Positions 39,135 through 50,134 of a stretch of 64,000 nucleotides of DNA are shown here, in pieces. Location of the stretch: NCBI GenBank assembly GCA_039586795.1, contig JBDHJS010000017.1, positions 32,001 to 96,000 on the forward strand. The letters run 5' to 3'. Source of the DNA: Gemmatimonadota bacterium. GTDB lineage: Bacteria > Gemmatimonadota > Gemmatimonadetes > Palauibacterales > KS3-K002. How positions within the stretch are numbered: the first letter of the stretch is position 1; every line of letters begins with the position of its first letter. The translations under genes were made by a program, and so were the position numbers. A model generated the notes under the pieces. The model worked only from the letters and a program-made list of their open reading frames with translations. It was not told where the DNA came from and made no database searches.

Positions 39135-39524
39135 CTACCGTCCTTCCCTTCTGGCCTGCTCGATCAGCTCGACCAGCCGGTCCAGATCCTCATGCGAGAG
39201 ATCGGCCGCGTTCATGTCCAGAAAGGCTGCCACCGCCCGCTCCGCAGATCCATCGAAGAACGTCCGCACCAGCCGCTTCATCGCCGACTGGCGTGCCTCG
39301 TCCCGAGGAACCGTCGGCTTGTACAGATAGCGCGCGCCGTCCTTCTCGTGCTCCAGGTGTCCCTTCTCCTCCAGGATCCGGAGCAGCGCCCGCACCGCCG
39401 AATAGCTCGGCGGATCAGGAAGCTCTTCCAGAACGTCCGCCGCCGACGCGCGGCCGCGCCGGTAGATGATGTCCATGATCTGCCGCTCCCGGCGGCTCAA
39501 GTCGGTGTGTGGCGCTTCGCCCAT
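39135..39524 (-). CDS. BlaI/MecI/CopY family repressor
   Basis: LSRRERQIMDIIY, SYSAVRALLRILEEKG, FFDGS; start 39524 or 39533. Confidence 0.95.
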   Translation of the reverse strand: MGEAPHTDLSRRERQIMDIIYRRGRASAADVLEELPDPPSYSAVRALLRILEEKGHLEHEKDGARYLYKPTVPRDEARQSAMKRLVRTFFDGSAERAVAAFLDMNAADLSHEDLDRLVELIEQARREGR

Positions 39525-39572
39525 CGCTCGCATCCCTCAGTGAGGACTGGAATCCAGCCCGGTCGAGACCAA

Positions 39573-39622
39573 TGCTAGAAAAATAGCACTGCTAAAATGT
39601 TAGCATTAGCCCGTCCTGTCAA
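39573..39622 (-). promoter_or_regulatory. Promoter (-35 TTGACA) overlapped by two TGCTA-N6-TAGCA palindromes, putative BlaI operator
   Basis: tgctagaaaaatagca (39573-39588) and tgctaaaatgttagca (39590-39605); tgtcaa at 39617-39622. Confidence 0.75.
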
Positions 39623-39698
39623 GCTCGGGATTCGCGACTAGATCTCCTTACGTGGACTGGGTGCTCGGAGATTCCTGCCTGGGGCGGGACCTTCAGGA

Positions 39699-41087
39699 CT
39701 AACGTTGCGGCGTCGTCTCGGGGGCCGTCGGCATAGCGGCGGCGACGCTTGCCTGCCATCGGTGCAGCCGTTCGAGTAGTTGGGAGGCGAGCTCCGGCTG
39801 CTCCAGGGAGAGATCGTTCGACTCACCGATGTCGGCCTCCAGATCGTACAGTTCTCGGCGACCGTCCTCGTACCACTCGATGAGTTTGTGGCGGCCAACT
39901 CGAACAGCCGCCGCCGGCGTCGTGCGCCATGGATCTTCCATCCCGCGGTACGCTTCCAGGTAGGCCGGAAAATGCCAGAACAGAGGTCGCTCCGCCAATG
40001 CCGCGCCGTTCAGTAACAAAGAAGAGAGGCTAACGCCATCCTGCGGTTGAGAATGCCCGGTGACACCGACGAGGTCCCTGATGGTTGGGTAGAGGTCGGA
40101 GCCGATGACCGGGGTGTCATCGCGGGCACCAGCCGTGATGTGACCGGGCCAGCGCACGGCCAGCGGCACGCGAATCCCGCCTTCGTAGAGCATACCCTTC
40201 GAGCCGCGGAGCGGCGCCATCGAAGTCGCCGGTCCGTAGCCGCCGTTGTCGGAATGGAAGATGACGACTGTGTTGTCCGTCAGCCCGAGCTCGTCCAATC
40301 TGGCCAGTACTCGGCCCACGCTTTCATCAACACTCTCGATCATCGCCGCGTAAGCCGCGTGATGGTGTTCCTCTGTGCCAGGCTTCCTCGCGTACTTCTC
40401 GATGAGCTCCGGCTTACCCTGCAGGGGCGTGTGAACCGCGTAGTGAGATAGGTACAGGAAGAATGGCGTACGGCGGTTCTCCTCGATGAATCGTAGTGCC
40501 TCATCGGTTAGCCGATCGGTCAGGTACTCTCCCTCTCTTCCTTCTGTTAATCCGATCAGTTCACGTCCGGCGCGCCGATAGGGATAGAAGTAGCTTGGCG
40601 GGTGCCCCACATTGTCGCCGGCAACGTTGATGTCGAATCCATGATCGGCGGGTGAGCTGCCTGCTCCGCCCAGGTGCCACTTACCGACGTGCCCTGTAGC
40701 ATAGCCCGCATCGCGCAGCATCTCAGCAATCGTGACGAAGCTGGTGTCGAGGTCCGTCCGGTTGGGCGCCGGGATCAGCTCTCGCAGCTCCGCTTCCCCG
40801 CGGGCGGGGGACCCGACGGTATAAACGCCGTGCCGCGGCGTGTAGAGGCCGGTGAGTAACGAGGCCCGGCTCGGCGCACAGTTCGGCGCGTTGGCGTAGG
40901 CATTGGTGAAGGTCAAGCCTCCAGCGGCAAGCCCATCGATGTTAGGGGTCTCGTAAAAGGTACTGCCCATGAAGCCAGCGTCGCGCCAGCCCATGTCATC
41001 TATATAGACGAGGACGATGTTGGGTGGCGGCGGTTCGGCGCAGCCGACGAGCAGGAGCAGGAGCAAGCTGAAAGGCCTAAGGCTCAA
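39699..41087 (-). CDS. Sulfatase (formylglycine-dependent, arylsulfatase A-like), lipoprotein
   Basis: PNIVLVYIDDMG, CAPSRASLLTG, GKWHLG, SDNGG, KGMLYEGGIRVP; lipobox LVGC. Confidence 0.95.
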   Translation of the reverse strand: MSLRPFSLLLLLLVGCAEPPPPNIVLVYIDDMGWRDAGFMGSTFYETPNIDGLAAGGLTFTNAYANAPNCAPSRASLLTGLYTPRHGVYTVGSPARGEAELRELIPAPNRTDLDTSFVTIAEMLRDAGYATGHVGKWHLGGAGSSPADHGFDINVAGDNVGHPPSYFYPYRRAGRELIGLTEGREGEYLTDRLTDEALRFIEENRRTPFFLYLSHYAVHTPLQGKPELIEKYARKPGTEEHHHAAYAAMIESVDESVGRVLARLDELGLTDNTVVIFHSDNGGYGPATSMAPLRGSKGMLYEGGIRVPLAVRWPGHITAGARDDTPVIGSDLYPTIRDLVGVTGHSQPQDGVSLSSLLLNGAALAERPLFWHFPAYLEAYRGMEDPWRTTPAAAVRVGRHKLIEWYEDGRRELYDLEADIGESNDLSLEQPELASQLLERLHRWQASVAAAMPTAPETTPQR

Positions 41088-41118
41088 TGTCTTACGCCCA
41101 AGGTGGATTTCCGATGTC

Positions 41119-41164
41119 CAACGCCCGATTTCCAGGACAAGGCTTCCTTGAATATCGGGCGTTG
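41119..41164. terminator. Stem-loop downstream of the tRNA
   Basis: caacgcccgat ... atcgggcgttg 11-bp inverted repeat. Confidence 0.45.
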
Positions 41165-41208
41165 AGCGTTGGATGTTGGTGATTCTGAGGGCGCGCCAGC
41201 GCCCGAAG

Positions 41209-41281
41209 TAGGCCGGGAGGGACTCGAACCCTCAACCTACGGATTAAGAGTCCGTTGCTCTGCCAGTTGAGCTACCGGCCT
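41209..41281 (-). tRNA. tRNA-Lys (anticodon CTT)
   Basis: Reverse complement AGGCCGG TAGCTCAACTGGCAGAGC A ACGGA CTCTTAA TCCGT AGGTT GAGGG TTCGAGT CCCTC CCGGCCT A; CCA not encoded. Confidence 0.95.
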
Positions 41282-41322
41282 AAAGGTCGAGAGGAGTTAA
41301 GCTAGCAGCCGAAAATCCGCCG

Positions 41323-42231
41323 TCAACTGCCGAAAGGGATCAGCACGTCGGGCGACGGTTTGGCAAATCGTCCAGGGTGAATCGCCCACGCCATCGCCTC
41401 CAGCCCGTCAATCAGCCGCGGGCCGCCGCGGCAGAACACCGCCCCATCTCCTATATAGACGCGCCGCCGACGCACGGCCTCGATCTCCCACCAACCGGGT
41501 CGTTCCGTGAGCAGTGGCATCTCGGCGACGGTTCGTTCCACCGGCATGTCCTCGGGAGCGATGATCAGAATCTCCGGGCTCTTCCTCTTGATCAGCTGCC
41601 ACGGCACCGGAGTCGGCGGCATGCCGGCCGAGTTCAGCACATCCCGACCGCCGGCGATCTCGACCAGCTGAGGAATCCAGTAACCCCCGCTGAGAAACGG
41701 CTCCATCCATTGGATCACCGCGGCCCGATATCGCCTGCCGCCTTCCAGGGCGGCCTCGACCGCATCGATTCGGTGCCGCATGTGATGAACGAGCTCCATC
41801 GATTCCTGCATATGGCCGGTCTCGAAGCCGACTCGTCCGTGGTCGTCGAGCACATCGTCCAGGTGCTTCGGGTAGAGGATCATCAGATTCGGGCGAGGGT
41901 TGAGACCCTCGGCGATCGCGCGGACGCCTTGCAGCGAGACCAGCGAGAACTCTGCAGGGCCCTGAGTGATCACGACGTCAGCTCTCAGCCCCCACATCGC
42001 CGTCTCATCAAGTCGGTAGATGCTGCCGAAGCTGGCGTTCGTCTCCACCTTTTGCCGGTGGATCTCGCCGCTGGAGAGTTCTCCGACATCGAATCTCCCC
42101 TTCGTAACCGCCTTGAGATCGCCAACCTCAGGTGGATAGTTGCAGGCATGAGATACCCCGACGACCTCTTCGCCAGCGCCGATGGCGAACGCTATTTCTG
42201 TGGCTGCGGGAAACAAACTTGCTATGCGCAT
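41323..42231 (-). CDS. BtuF-like (cobalamin/iron-chelate) substrate-binding-fold protein
   Basis: MRIASLFPAATEI..VVGVSH.C.YP, GYWIPQLVEIAGG, RGGPRLIDGLE. Confidence 0.85.
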   Translation of the reverse strand: MRIASLFPAATEIAFAIGAGEEVVGVSHACNYPPEVGDLKAVTKGRFDVGELSSGEIHRQKVETNASFGSIYRLDETAMWGLRADVVITQGPAEFSLVSLQGVRAIAEGLNPRPNLMILYPKHLDDVLDDHGRVGFETGHMQESMELVHHMRHRIDAVEAALEGGRRYRAAVIQWMEPFLSGGYWIPQLVEIAGGRDVLNSAGMPPTPVPWQLIKRKSPEILIIAPEDMPVERTVAEMPLLTERPGWWEIEAVRRRRVYIGDGAVFCRGGPRLIDGLEAMAWAIHPGRFAKPSPDVLIPFGS

Positions 42232-42286
42232 CTGGAAGTGCGGTTAGGGCTAGGGGGAGAAGGGCGCAACCGGGGGCGCCGACGGC

Positions 42287-42562
42287 TCACAGATCCGGAA
42301 GCGAGCGTCGATCTCTTCCTGCTTCGAGCTCGCGACGAAAGCGCTCCGCGTCCTCGAGTCGATGGACCTGGCGATCGATATCGCGCACGACATCCTCGAG
42401 CTGCGCCATTCGCGCTTCGATTTCTTCCTTGTCGGCTTTCAGTCCCTTCATCTTGGCATACTCCCGGAAAAGCGGACGCACCACCAGATGCGTGGCCAGC
42501 GCCAGGCTCGGCACGCCGAAGATGAAGATTATCGCCATAAAGCCCAGGAGGTCTTCCACCAC
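42287..42562 (-). CDS. Small single-TM coiled-coil protein
   Basis: N-terminal TM, then heptads EIEARMAQLEDVVRDIDRQVHRLEDAERF; AGAGGA RBS. Confidence 0.75.
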   Translation of the reverse strand: MVEDLLGFMAIIFIFGVPSLALATHLVVRPLFREYAKMKGLKADKEEIEARMAQLEDVVRDIDRQVHRLEDAERFRRELEAGRDRRSLPDL

Positions 42563-42664
42563 AATCCTCTCTCTACAGTCTGCTAGAACATAGGCGGAAT
42601 GCGCGAGGGTCGGTAGTCCTCACACCTCCCTGTATGGCCGCCCACGCTCCCGACTCCTCAGTCC

Positions 42665-42694
42665 TTGACAGTCGAGCGCGTATCTCGGTAGCGT
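42665..42694 (+). promoter_or_regulatory. Sigma70-type promoter for the TPP riboswitch-thiC transcript
   Basis: TTGACA at 42665 and TAGCGT at 42689. Confidence 0.5.
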
Positions 42695-42703
42695 AGGTAT
42701 ATA

Positions 42704-42790
42704 GCCGCCAGGGGTATCCCCCGTTTGTTGGGGATTGAGACCATACCCGTGGAACCTGATCCGGCTGACACCGGCGGAGGGAGAGCGGCG
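42704..42790 (+). ncRNA. TPP riboswitch
   Basis: AGGGGT..TGAGA..ATACCC..GAACCTGATCCGG.T.A.ACCGGCGGAGGGA core, directly upstream of thiC. Confidence 0.93.
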
Positions 42791-42874
42791 CCCGGAACCT
42801 ACCCGTGGTCATCTCCGACTCGCCCCTCCCCATGTGCACAGCCGGCCGGCGGCCCAGTGTTCCTACGACGGTAA

Positions 42875-44569
<1,695 letters not shown>

Positions 44570-44642
44570 ACCGCCCACGTTGCAACCTTTTCCCAGCCTC
44601 CAGGTGTCCAATCCGGTGACACCCTGACGGAGGAGTACGCCC

Positions 44643-45470
44643 ATGCATTCAAGAGTGATCTTACTCACAGTTTTGGCGGCTGCGCTGGTCGCGGTAGCCA
44701 GCGCCCCGACGGAGATCGTTGCCCAGGACATCCGCGTCGTACAGGACGATGACTGGTGCCGTGATTCCCACTGGGGCGACGACGACGACGAGGAGTTCTG
44801 CGAGGTCCGCGAGTTCACGCTGAACGCTCGGGACATGGTGACCCTGGACGCCGCGCCGAACGGTGGCATCCAGGTGGAAGGCTGGAATCGGAACGAGATT
44901 CTGGTTCGGGCCAAAGTGCACACCCGGGCGCGGAGCGAGTCCGACGCCCGCGAGATTGCCGAGGAGATCGAGCTCGGCACGGGTTCGACGATCGACGCAG
45001 ACGGGCCGCGCACGGGCCGCAACGAAGGCTGGTCGGTGAGCTTCCGCGTGTACGTGCCGTACAACTCGAACCTCAATCTGAAGAGCACCAACGGCGGGAT
45101 CGGGATCACCGAGGTGACCGGCGACATCGAGTTTCGGACCACGAACGGCGGCGTGCACCTCGAGCGGCTGGCCGGCGACGTGCATGGCCGGACGACCAAC
45201 GGCGGTCTGCGGGTCGAACTTGACGGCGATTCGTGGGAAGGCGCGGGACTCGACGTAGAGACGACCAACGGCGGCATCCGCCTCGTCATCCCGGACAATT
45301 ACAACGCCCACCTGGAGACGGGCACGACGAACGGGTCGTTCAGCATCGACTTCCCGGTCACCGTCTCCGGTCGCATCGATCGCCGCAATTTCAACATCGA
45401 TCTCGGTGATGGTGGCACGACCATCAAGGTGAGGACGACGAACGGCGGCGTTAAGGTAGAGCGCAGCTAG
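44643..45470 (+). CDS. DUF4097 family beta-strand repeat protein (secreted)
   Basis: Signal peptide; repeated (S/T)TNGG-I/V units; V.VP. Confidence 0.85.
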   Translation: MHSRVILLTVLAAALVAVASAPTEIVAQDIRVVQDDDWCRDSHWGDDDDEEFCEVREFTLNARDMVTLDAAPNGGIQVEGWNRNEILVRAKVHTRARSESDAREIAEEIELGTGSTIDADGPRTGRNEGWSVSFRVYVPYNSNLNLKSTNGGIGITEVTGDIEFRTTNGGVHLERLAGDVHGRTTNGGLRVELDGDSWEGAGLDVETTNGGIRLVIPDNYNAHLETGTTNGSFSIDFPVTVSGRIDRRNFNIDLGDGGTTIKVRTTNGGVKVERS

Positions 45471-45481
45471 ATCACATGCAC

Positions 45482-45519
45482 ACAGCCGTCGCCCGATCTC
45501 CCGGTCGGGCGACGGCTGT
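45482..45519. terminator. GC-rich stem-loop after the DUF4097 gene
   Basis: acagccgtcgcccga-N8-tcgggcgacggctgt, perfect 15-bp stem. Confidence 0.7.
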
Positions 45520-45640
45520 ACTACATCGCCTCCTTCCTCTAGCATTAGCGCTCTGATACGAGCACATATAAGCCCAAACACGCGGATGCCCGACTCCGGG
45601 TTTGCCGCGCTCATCGGCTCGACATAGCTTCCTGACTCTG

Positions 45641-48196
45641 ATGATGAGAACCACGTACCTGATCGCCGCTCTCGCGCTGCTCTTCGCGGCGCCCCAACTG
45701 TCTGGCCAGGCACCCCAGGTGAGCCAGCAGGGAACGGTCCCAGCCGTAGCTGGCGCACACTACGAGAAGTTCGGGCTGTGGCGCTGGATGTGGGGAGCGC
45801 ACTATCGGGACGCCTGGACGACGAGCTTCCAGGTAGAGATGCTCGACCTTGACCGGTTCGCCGGTGGCCTCACCCCCGTGCGCAAGGGTCGCGGCCGGCA
45901 GACCAAGTCGCTCATCTTCGCCGGCGCCGATGGTCGCAACTACGCCTTTCGTTCCATAGACAAAGACGCCGCGGGAGCGCTGGCCGAGGAGCTGCGCGAG
46001 ACCGTAGCCGTCGACGTCGTCCAGGACCAAATCAGCTCGCAGCACCCGGTATCATCGCTCGTGACATCCGAGCTGGCGGAAGCCGTCGGCGTCCTGGACG
46101 TCAAGGGCCGCGTCTTCGTGATGCCCGACGACGCGCGTCTCGGCGAGTTTCTCGACGAGTTCGGCGGCATGTTGGGTATGATGGTGGAGCGACCGGGCGA
46201 ACATACCCGCGACGAGGCCATTTTCGCCGGCGCGGCCCAGATCGCCGACGGCAACCAGATTTTCGAGATGCTGCTCGCGAGCCCGGCCAACAGGCTCGAC
46301 GCGCGGGCGTACCTCCGGGCACGTCTTCTCGACATCCTGATCGGCGATTGGGATCGCCATCGCTACCAATGGCGCTGGGCACGCTTCGCCGACACCGATT
46401 GGCTGCCGATCCCGGAAGACCGCGATCAAGCCTTCTCGCGCCTGGACGGCGTCCTGCCATCGCAAGCCTATCGCTTCGTTCCCGAGCTGGTGAGCTTCAA
46501 GCCGGAGTACCCCAGCATACTCGGCCTCACGTTCACGGCGCAGGAAGTCGACCGCTACTTCCTGACGGCATTAGAGCGACCGGCTTGGGATTCGGTTGCC
46601 GCGTCGATGACGGAGCAGTTGACCGACGACGTCATCGAGAACGCCGTTCGGCACCTGCCGCCGGAGCTGTATGAGATCGACGGGGCCATATGGACGAACA
46701 CGCTCAAACAGCGTCGTGATGCGCTGACCGAGGCAGCCACCGACTTCTACGAACTGCTGGCCCGACAGGTCGAGATCCAGGCCACCGATGTGGCGGAAGA
46801 AATCTTCATCATCCGAAACACCGACGGCACTGTCGATGTGACGATGGCCGAGCGTGGGGCTCGTCAACCGTACTACACTCGTCGCTTCCTACCGGACGAA
46901 ACGAAAGAGATCCGCATCCGAATGCACGGCGGCGATGACGTGGCAAGGGTTATCGGCGAGGATGACCTGGAGATGAGAGTGCGGGTGATCGGCGGCGCGG
47001 GCGATGATGAGCTGAGGTACGACTCGCCGGTTGGAAACGTCAAGCTCTACGACCAGCACGGGGCCGGTCGCGTGACCGGCGATAGCGGAGGCAAAGACAA
47101 GGTCGATTCAAGGCCATACACCGAATGGTACTATGCGTCGGGCCAGGAGCGACCACCCCGGCAATGGGGTAGCGCCCACATTCCGATCATCAGGTTTGGG
47201 ATCAACTCCGATTACGGCGTACTTCTCGGACTCGGGATGACGCGATACACGTACGGGTTCCGCAAGCACCCGTACGCAGCGCGTTGGTCCGGCGGCTTCG
47301 GCGTTTCGACCACCGGGCGGTTTCTGGTTCTATTCAACGCCGACTTGAGGCGCGAAAACTCGGAGCTGTTCTTCGGGCTCAATACCTTCTTCTCACAGCT
47401 CGACGTCATCAACTTCTTCGGGTTCGGAAACGACACCGAATTGCTGGAAGGCGCGAGCGTCGACTTCTACAAGGTTCGCCTCAGCCAGTTCGTTTTTGAT
47501 CCTTCTATTGGCTGGGACATAGGAAAAGAGACCGATATCCAGTTGGGTGCGACGGTCCGCTACTCGAACACAAGAGCGGACACGACCACGTTTATAGGCT
47601 CGTTTCCGGACCTCTACGGCGTCGGCGACTTCTGGCAGACCGGAGCGTTCGGCATCTTCTCTGTTGACACACGTGATGTGCAGGCGGTCCCGACCAAAGG
47701 CGTGACGCTCTCATTGACCGGCCGTGTCTATCCGGAGGCCCTGGACGTCGCAGAGACCTACGGACTCGTCGAGGGGTTGGCGACGACTTATCTGACCGCG
47801 AGGATCCCGTTGCAGCCGACGCTGGCGCTGCTGGCGGGCGGGAAGAAGATCTGGGGCGACCCGCCCTATTTCGACGCCGCGTTCATCGGCGGCCCCGCAA
47901 CGTTGCGAGGTTACCTGGCCGAGCGATTCGCCGGCGATGCCTCGGTCTATGGCAGAGCCGAGTTGCGGTTGCTGCTGGGGCATCGAAGGATACTGATACC
48001 GGGTGACTTCGGACTGTACGGTGCGGCGGATGCCGGACGCGTCTGGGTCGACGGCGAGTCACCGGGCGACCTGCATACTGGTTACGGCGGCGGCCTTTGG
48101 TTCTCGTTCCTGGGACGGCAAAACACGCTGTCGCTGACCTTCATGACAAGCACGGAAGGCAACCGCTTCTACATTCGCTACGGCATGCCATTCTAG
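45641..48196 (+). CDS. Omp85 (BamA/TamA-family) outer-membrane protein with N-terminal kinase-like passenger domain
   Basis: Signal peptide; C-terminal amphipathic beta strands, GGPATLRGY motif, terminal Phe; N-terminal IGDWDRH..QW and PIPEDRDQAF. Confidence 0.85.
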   Translation: MMRTTYLIAALALLFAAPQLSGQAPQVSQQGTVPAVAGAHYEKFGLWRWMWGAHYRDAWTTSFQVEMLDLDRFAGGLTPVRKGRGRQTKSLIFAGADGRNYAFRSIDKDAAGALAEELRETVAVDVVQDQISSQHPVSSLVTSELAEAVGVLDVKGRVFVMPDDARLGEFLDEFGGMLGMMVERPGEHTRDEAIFAGAAQIADGNQIFEMLLASPANRLDARAYLRARLLDILIGDWDRHRYQWRWARFADTDWLPIPEDRDQAFSRLDGVLPSQAYRFVPELVSFKPEYPSILGLTFTAQEVDRYFLTALERPAWDSVAASMTEQLTDDVIENAVRHLPPELYEIDGAIWTNTLKQRRDALTEAATDFYELLARQVEIQATDVAEEIFIIRNTDGTVDVTMAERGARQPYYTRRFLPDETKEIRIRMHGGDDVARVIGEDDLEMRVRVIGGAGDDELRYDSPVGNVKLYDQHGAGRVTGDSGGKDKVDSRPYTEWYYASGQERPPRQWGSAHIPIIRFGINSDYGVLLGLGMTRYTYGFRKHPYAARWSGGFGVSTTGRFLVLFNADLRRENSELFFGLNTFFSQLDVINFFGFGNDTELLEGASVDFYKVRLSQFVFDPSIGWDIGKETDIQLGATVRYSNTRADTTTFIGSFPDLYGVGDFWQTGAFGIFSVDTRDVQAVPTKGVTLSLTGRVYPEALDVAETYGLVEGLATTYLTARIPLQPTLALLAGGKKIWGDPPYFDAAFIGGPATLRGYLAERFAGDASVYGRAELRLLLGHRRILIPGDFGLYGAADAGRVWVDGESPGDLHTGYGGGLWFSFLGRQNTLSLTFMTSTEGNRFYIRYGMPF

Positions 48197-48222
48197 CGAG
48201 ACATGCCAACCGGGAGGGAAGC

Positions 48223-48861
48223 ATGATACGTAGGATACTGATGACTGGCGCTTTGTTGGTTTCTATCTCGTCGGCAGCTTCAGCTCAGACCGTCGAATTC
48301 GCTCCGTTCCTGGGATGGAACTTCGGTGGTACGTTCAAGAACGTGAACGTGCCGGAAGGGGCGGGCGTCAACAATCTGGACGTCGCGAACTCGATCGTCT
48401 TCGGACTCGTCGCCGACATACCGATCACACCCCAGCTCCAGATCGAGCTGCTCGCCGAGTGGCAGCCGACGCATCTACAGGCGTGGGATCCCGTGGTCGG
48501 CAGCAATCAACCCGTCATCGATCCGTTAACGGTCGCCTACTATCACGCCGGCGTCCTGTTTCAACAGGCGCGCAAGGAGGTGAAGAAGCCCCACGGTTTC
48601 CTGTCGATCACAGGCGGAATCACCAACTTCAGCGGCGACGGCGCCGACAGTGAGACGCGATTCTCGTTCGGCGCTTCGTTTGGTGGGAAATGGTATTTCA
48701 ACGAGCGGTTCGGCGCGCGCCTTGGGAGCCGGCTGATGATCACCTACTTCCCGAGCACGAGCGAACTCTTCTGTGGAGAAGGCAGCGTCTGCTACCAGAT
48801 ACCCGCGAACACTTTCCTCCCGCAGATCGATTTGACGGGCGGCGTGATCATCGCCTTCTAA
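48223..48861 (+). CDS. Small outer-membrane beta-barrel protein
   Basis: Signal peptide; alternating beta strands, FGGKWYFNERFGARL, terminal Phe. Confidence 0.8.
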   Translation: MIRRILMTGALLVSISSAASAQTVEFAPFLGWNFGGTFKNVNVPEGAGVNNLDVANSIVFGLVADIPITPQLQIELLAEWQPTHLQAWDPVVGSNQPVIDPLTVAYYHAGVLFQQARKEVKKPHGFLSITGGITNFSGDGADSETRFSFGASFGGKWYFNERFGARLGSRLMITYFPSTSELFCGEGSVCYQIPANTFLPQIDLTGGVIIAF

Positions 48862-48862
48862 T

Positions 48863-50065
48863 ATGACGCGCCAGGCAGCGGCAGCTGCAACAGCCCTACT
48901 GCTGGCAGCTTGCGGGACCCGCGAGTATCCCGACATGCCGCCGGTTCCCACCGGCCTCCCGGATGCCGACGCCGTCGTGTACCTGATCGGCGACGCCGGC
49001 CTGGCGGTGAAAGACACCCCGGTCATCGCGCAGCTCCACGCCGACGTGGCGGATCGCTCGCGAACCGCTTCAGTCGCTGTCGCTTTCCTTGGCGACAACA
49101 TCTACGAGCACGGGATGCACGATCCGTCGGACCCCTACTACGAGCGAGATGTTTCCCGCCTCGAGGCCCAGATCGACGTCGTTCGCGGTACGTCGGCCGT
49201 CGGCATTTTCGTACCGGGCAACCACGATTGGGGTTATGGCGGCGAGCAGGGGCTTGCCAACGTGCAGCGTCAGGACACGTACCTTGCTGACGTAGCCGCT
49301 ACAGGTGTTAACGTGACGTTCTTGCCCAAGGCCGGTTGTCCGGGCCCCGTCGCGATGGAGCTGGGCGAATCGGTGCTCCTCATCATGATCGAGACCGATC
49401 TATGGTTGCGTGGCGATGGCAACGCCGAAGCCGAGGGCTGCGCGCACCGCAACACCGATGAAGCGCTCGTCTCGCTACGCGAGCTACTACAGAACAACGC
49501 CCACACCGCGAACCGTGACGTCGTCGTCCTCGCTCACCACCCGCTGATGACATTTGGCCCGCACGGCGGCTACTACGACTGGCAGAACCAGCTGTTTCCG
49601 GGCACCAACCTGTGGAAACCGCTCTATATTCCGTTCCCGTTCATATATCCCATCGTCCGCAACATGGGAGTGACCAGTCAGGACACTAAGAACGGGAAGT
49701 ACCGAAGCATGCGGGACCAGTTGATCGGCCTGTTCGAACGCTTCGATGAGCAGCCCCTCGTGTACGCCGCGGGGCACGAGCACAGTCAGCAGGTCTATGA
49801 GGGCAGTGGCCTGGGCGTCGGCTGGAACCTGGTGAGCGGAGCCGGCAGTCGGCTCTCCGAAGTGAGCGACGACTTCGGCGCCGAGTTCGTTGCCGGCAAG
49901 CACCTGAAAGAGCACGGGTACATGCGGCTCGAGTTTCTGTCGGACGGACGCGTTCTGCTTACGGTATTCTCGGACGGTACCGCCAAGTGTAAGACCCGCG
50001 GCGGATCAAGCACCTGTCGCGGCGAGTCGACGATCCGCTACTGGCGCTGGCTGAACGGCCAGTGA
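48863..50065 (+). CDS. Calcineurin-like metallophosphoesterase lipoprotein
   Basis: Lipobox LAAC; IGDAG, LGDNIY, PGNHDW, AHHP, AGHEH. Confidence 0.9.
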   Translation: MTRQAAAAATALLLAACGTREYPDMPPVPTGLPDADAVVYLIGDAGLAVKDTPVIAQLHADVADRSRTASVAVAFLGDNIYEHGMHDPSDPYYERDVSRLEAQIDVVRGTSAVGIFVPGNHDWGYGGEQGLANVQRQDTYLADVAATGVNVTFLPKAGCPGPVAMELGESVLLIMIETDLWLRGDGNAEAEGCAHRNTDEALVSLRELLQNNAHTANRDVVVLAHHPLMTFGPHGGYYDWQNQLFPGTNLWKPLYIPFPFIYPIVRNMGVTSQDTKNGKYRSMRDQLIGLFERFDEQPLVYAAGHEHSQQVYEGSGLGVGWNLVSGAGSRLSEVSDDFGAEFVAGKHLKEHGYMRLEFLSDGRVLLTVFSDGTAKCKTRGGSSTCRGESTIRYWRWLNGQ

Positions 50066-50134
50066 TGCAGTAAGTTGCGCGGTCCCAAATCATGAAGTTT
50101 TGCGTCAGCAATGACCGGAAGGAGCTAAACAGTA

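Noticed and set aside
41209..41281. tRNA-Lys as an island integration site
   Set aside because: No integrase and no duplicated tRNA 3' end beyond chance 8-9 nt matches in the window
41377..42525. 382-aa plus-strand ORF
   Set aside because: Antisense to the BtuF-like and small TM genes
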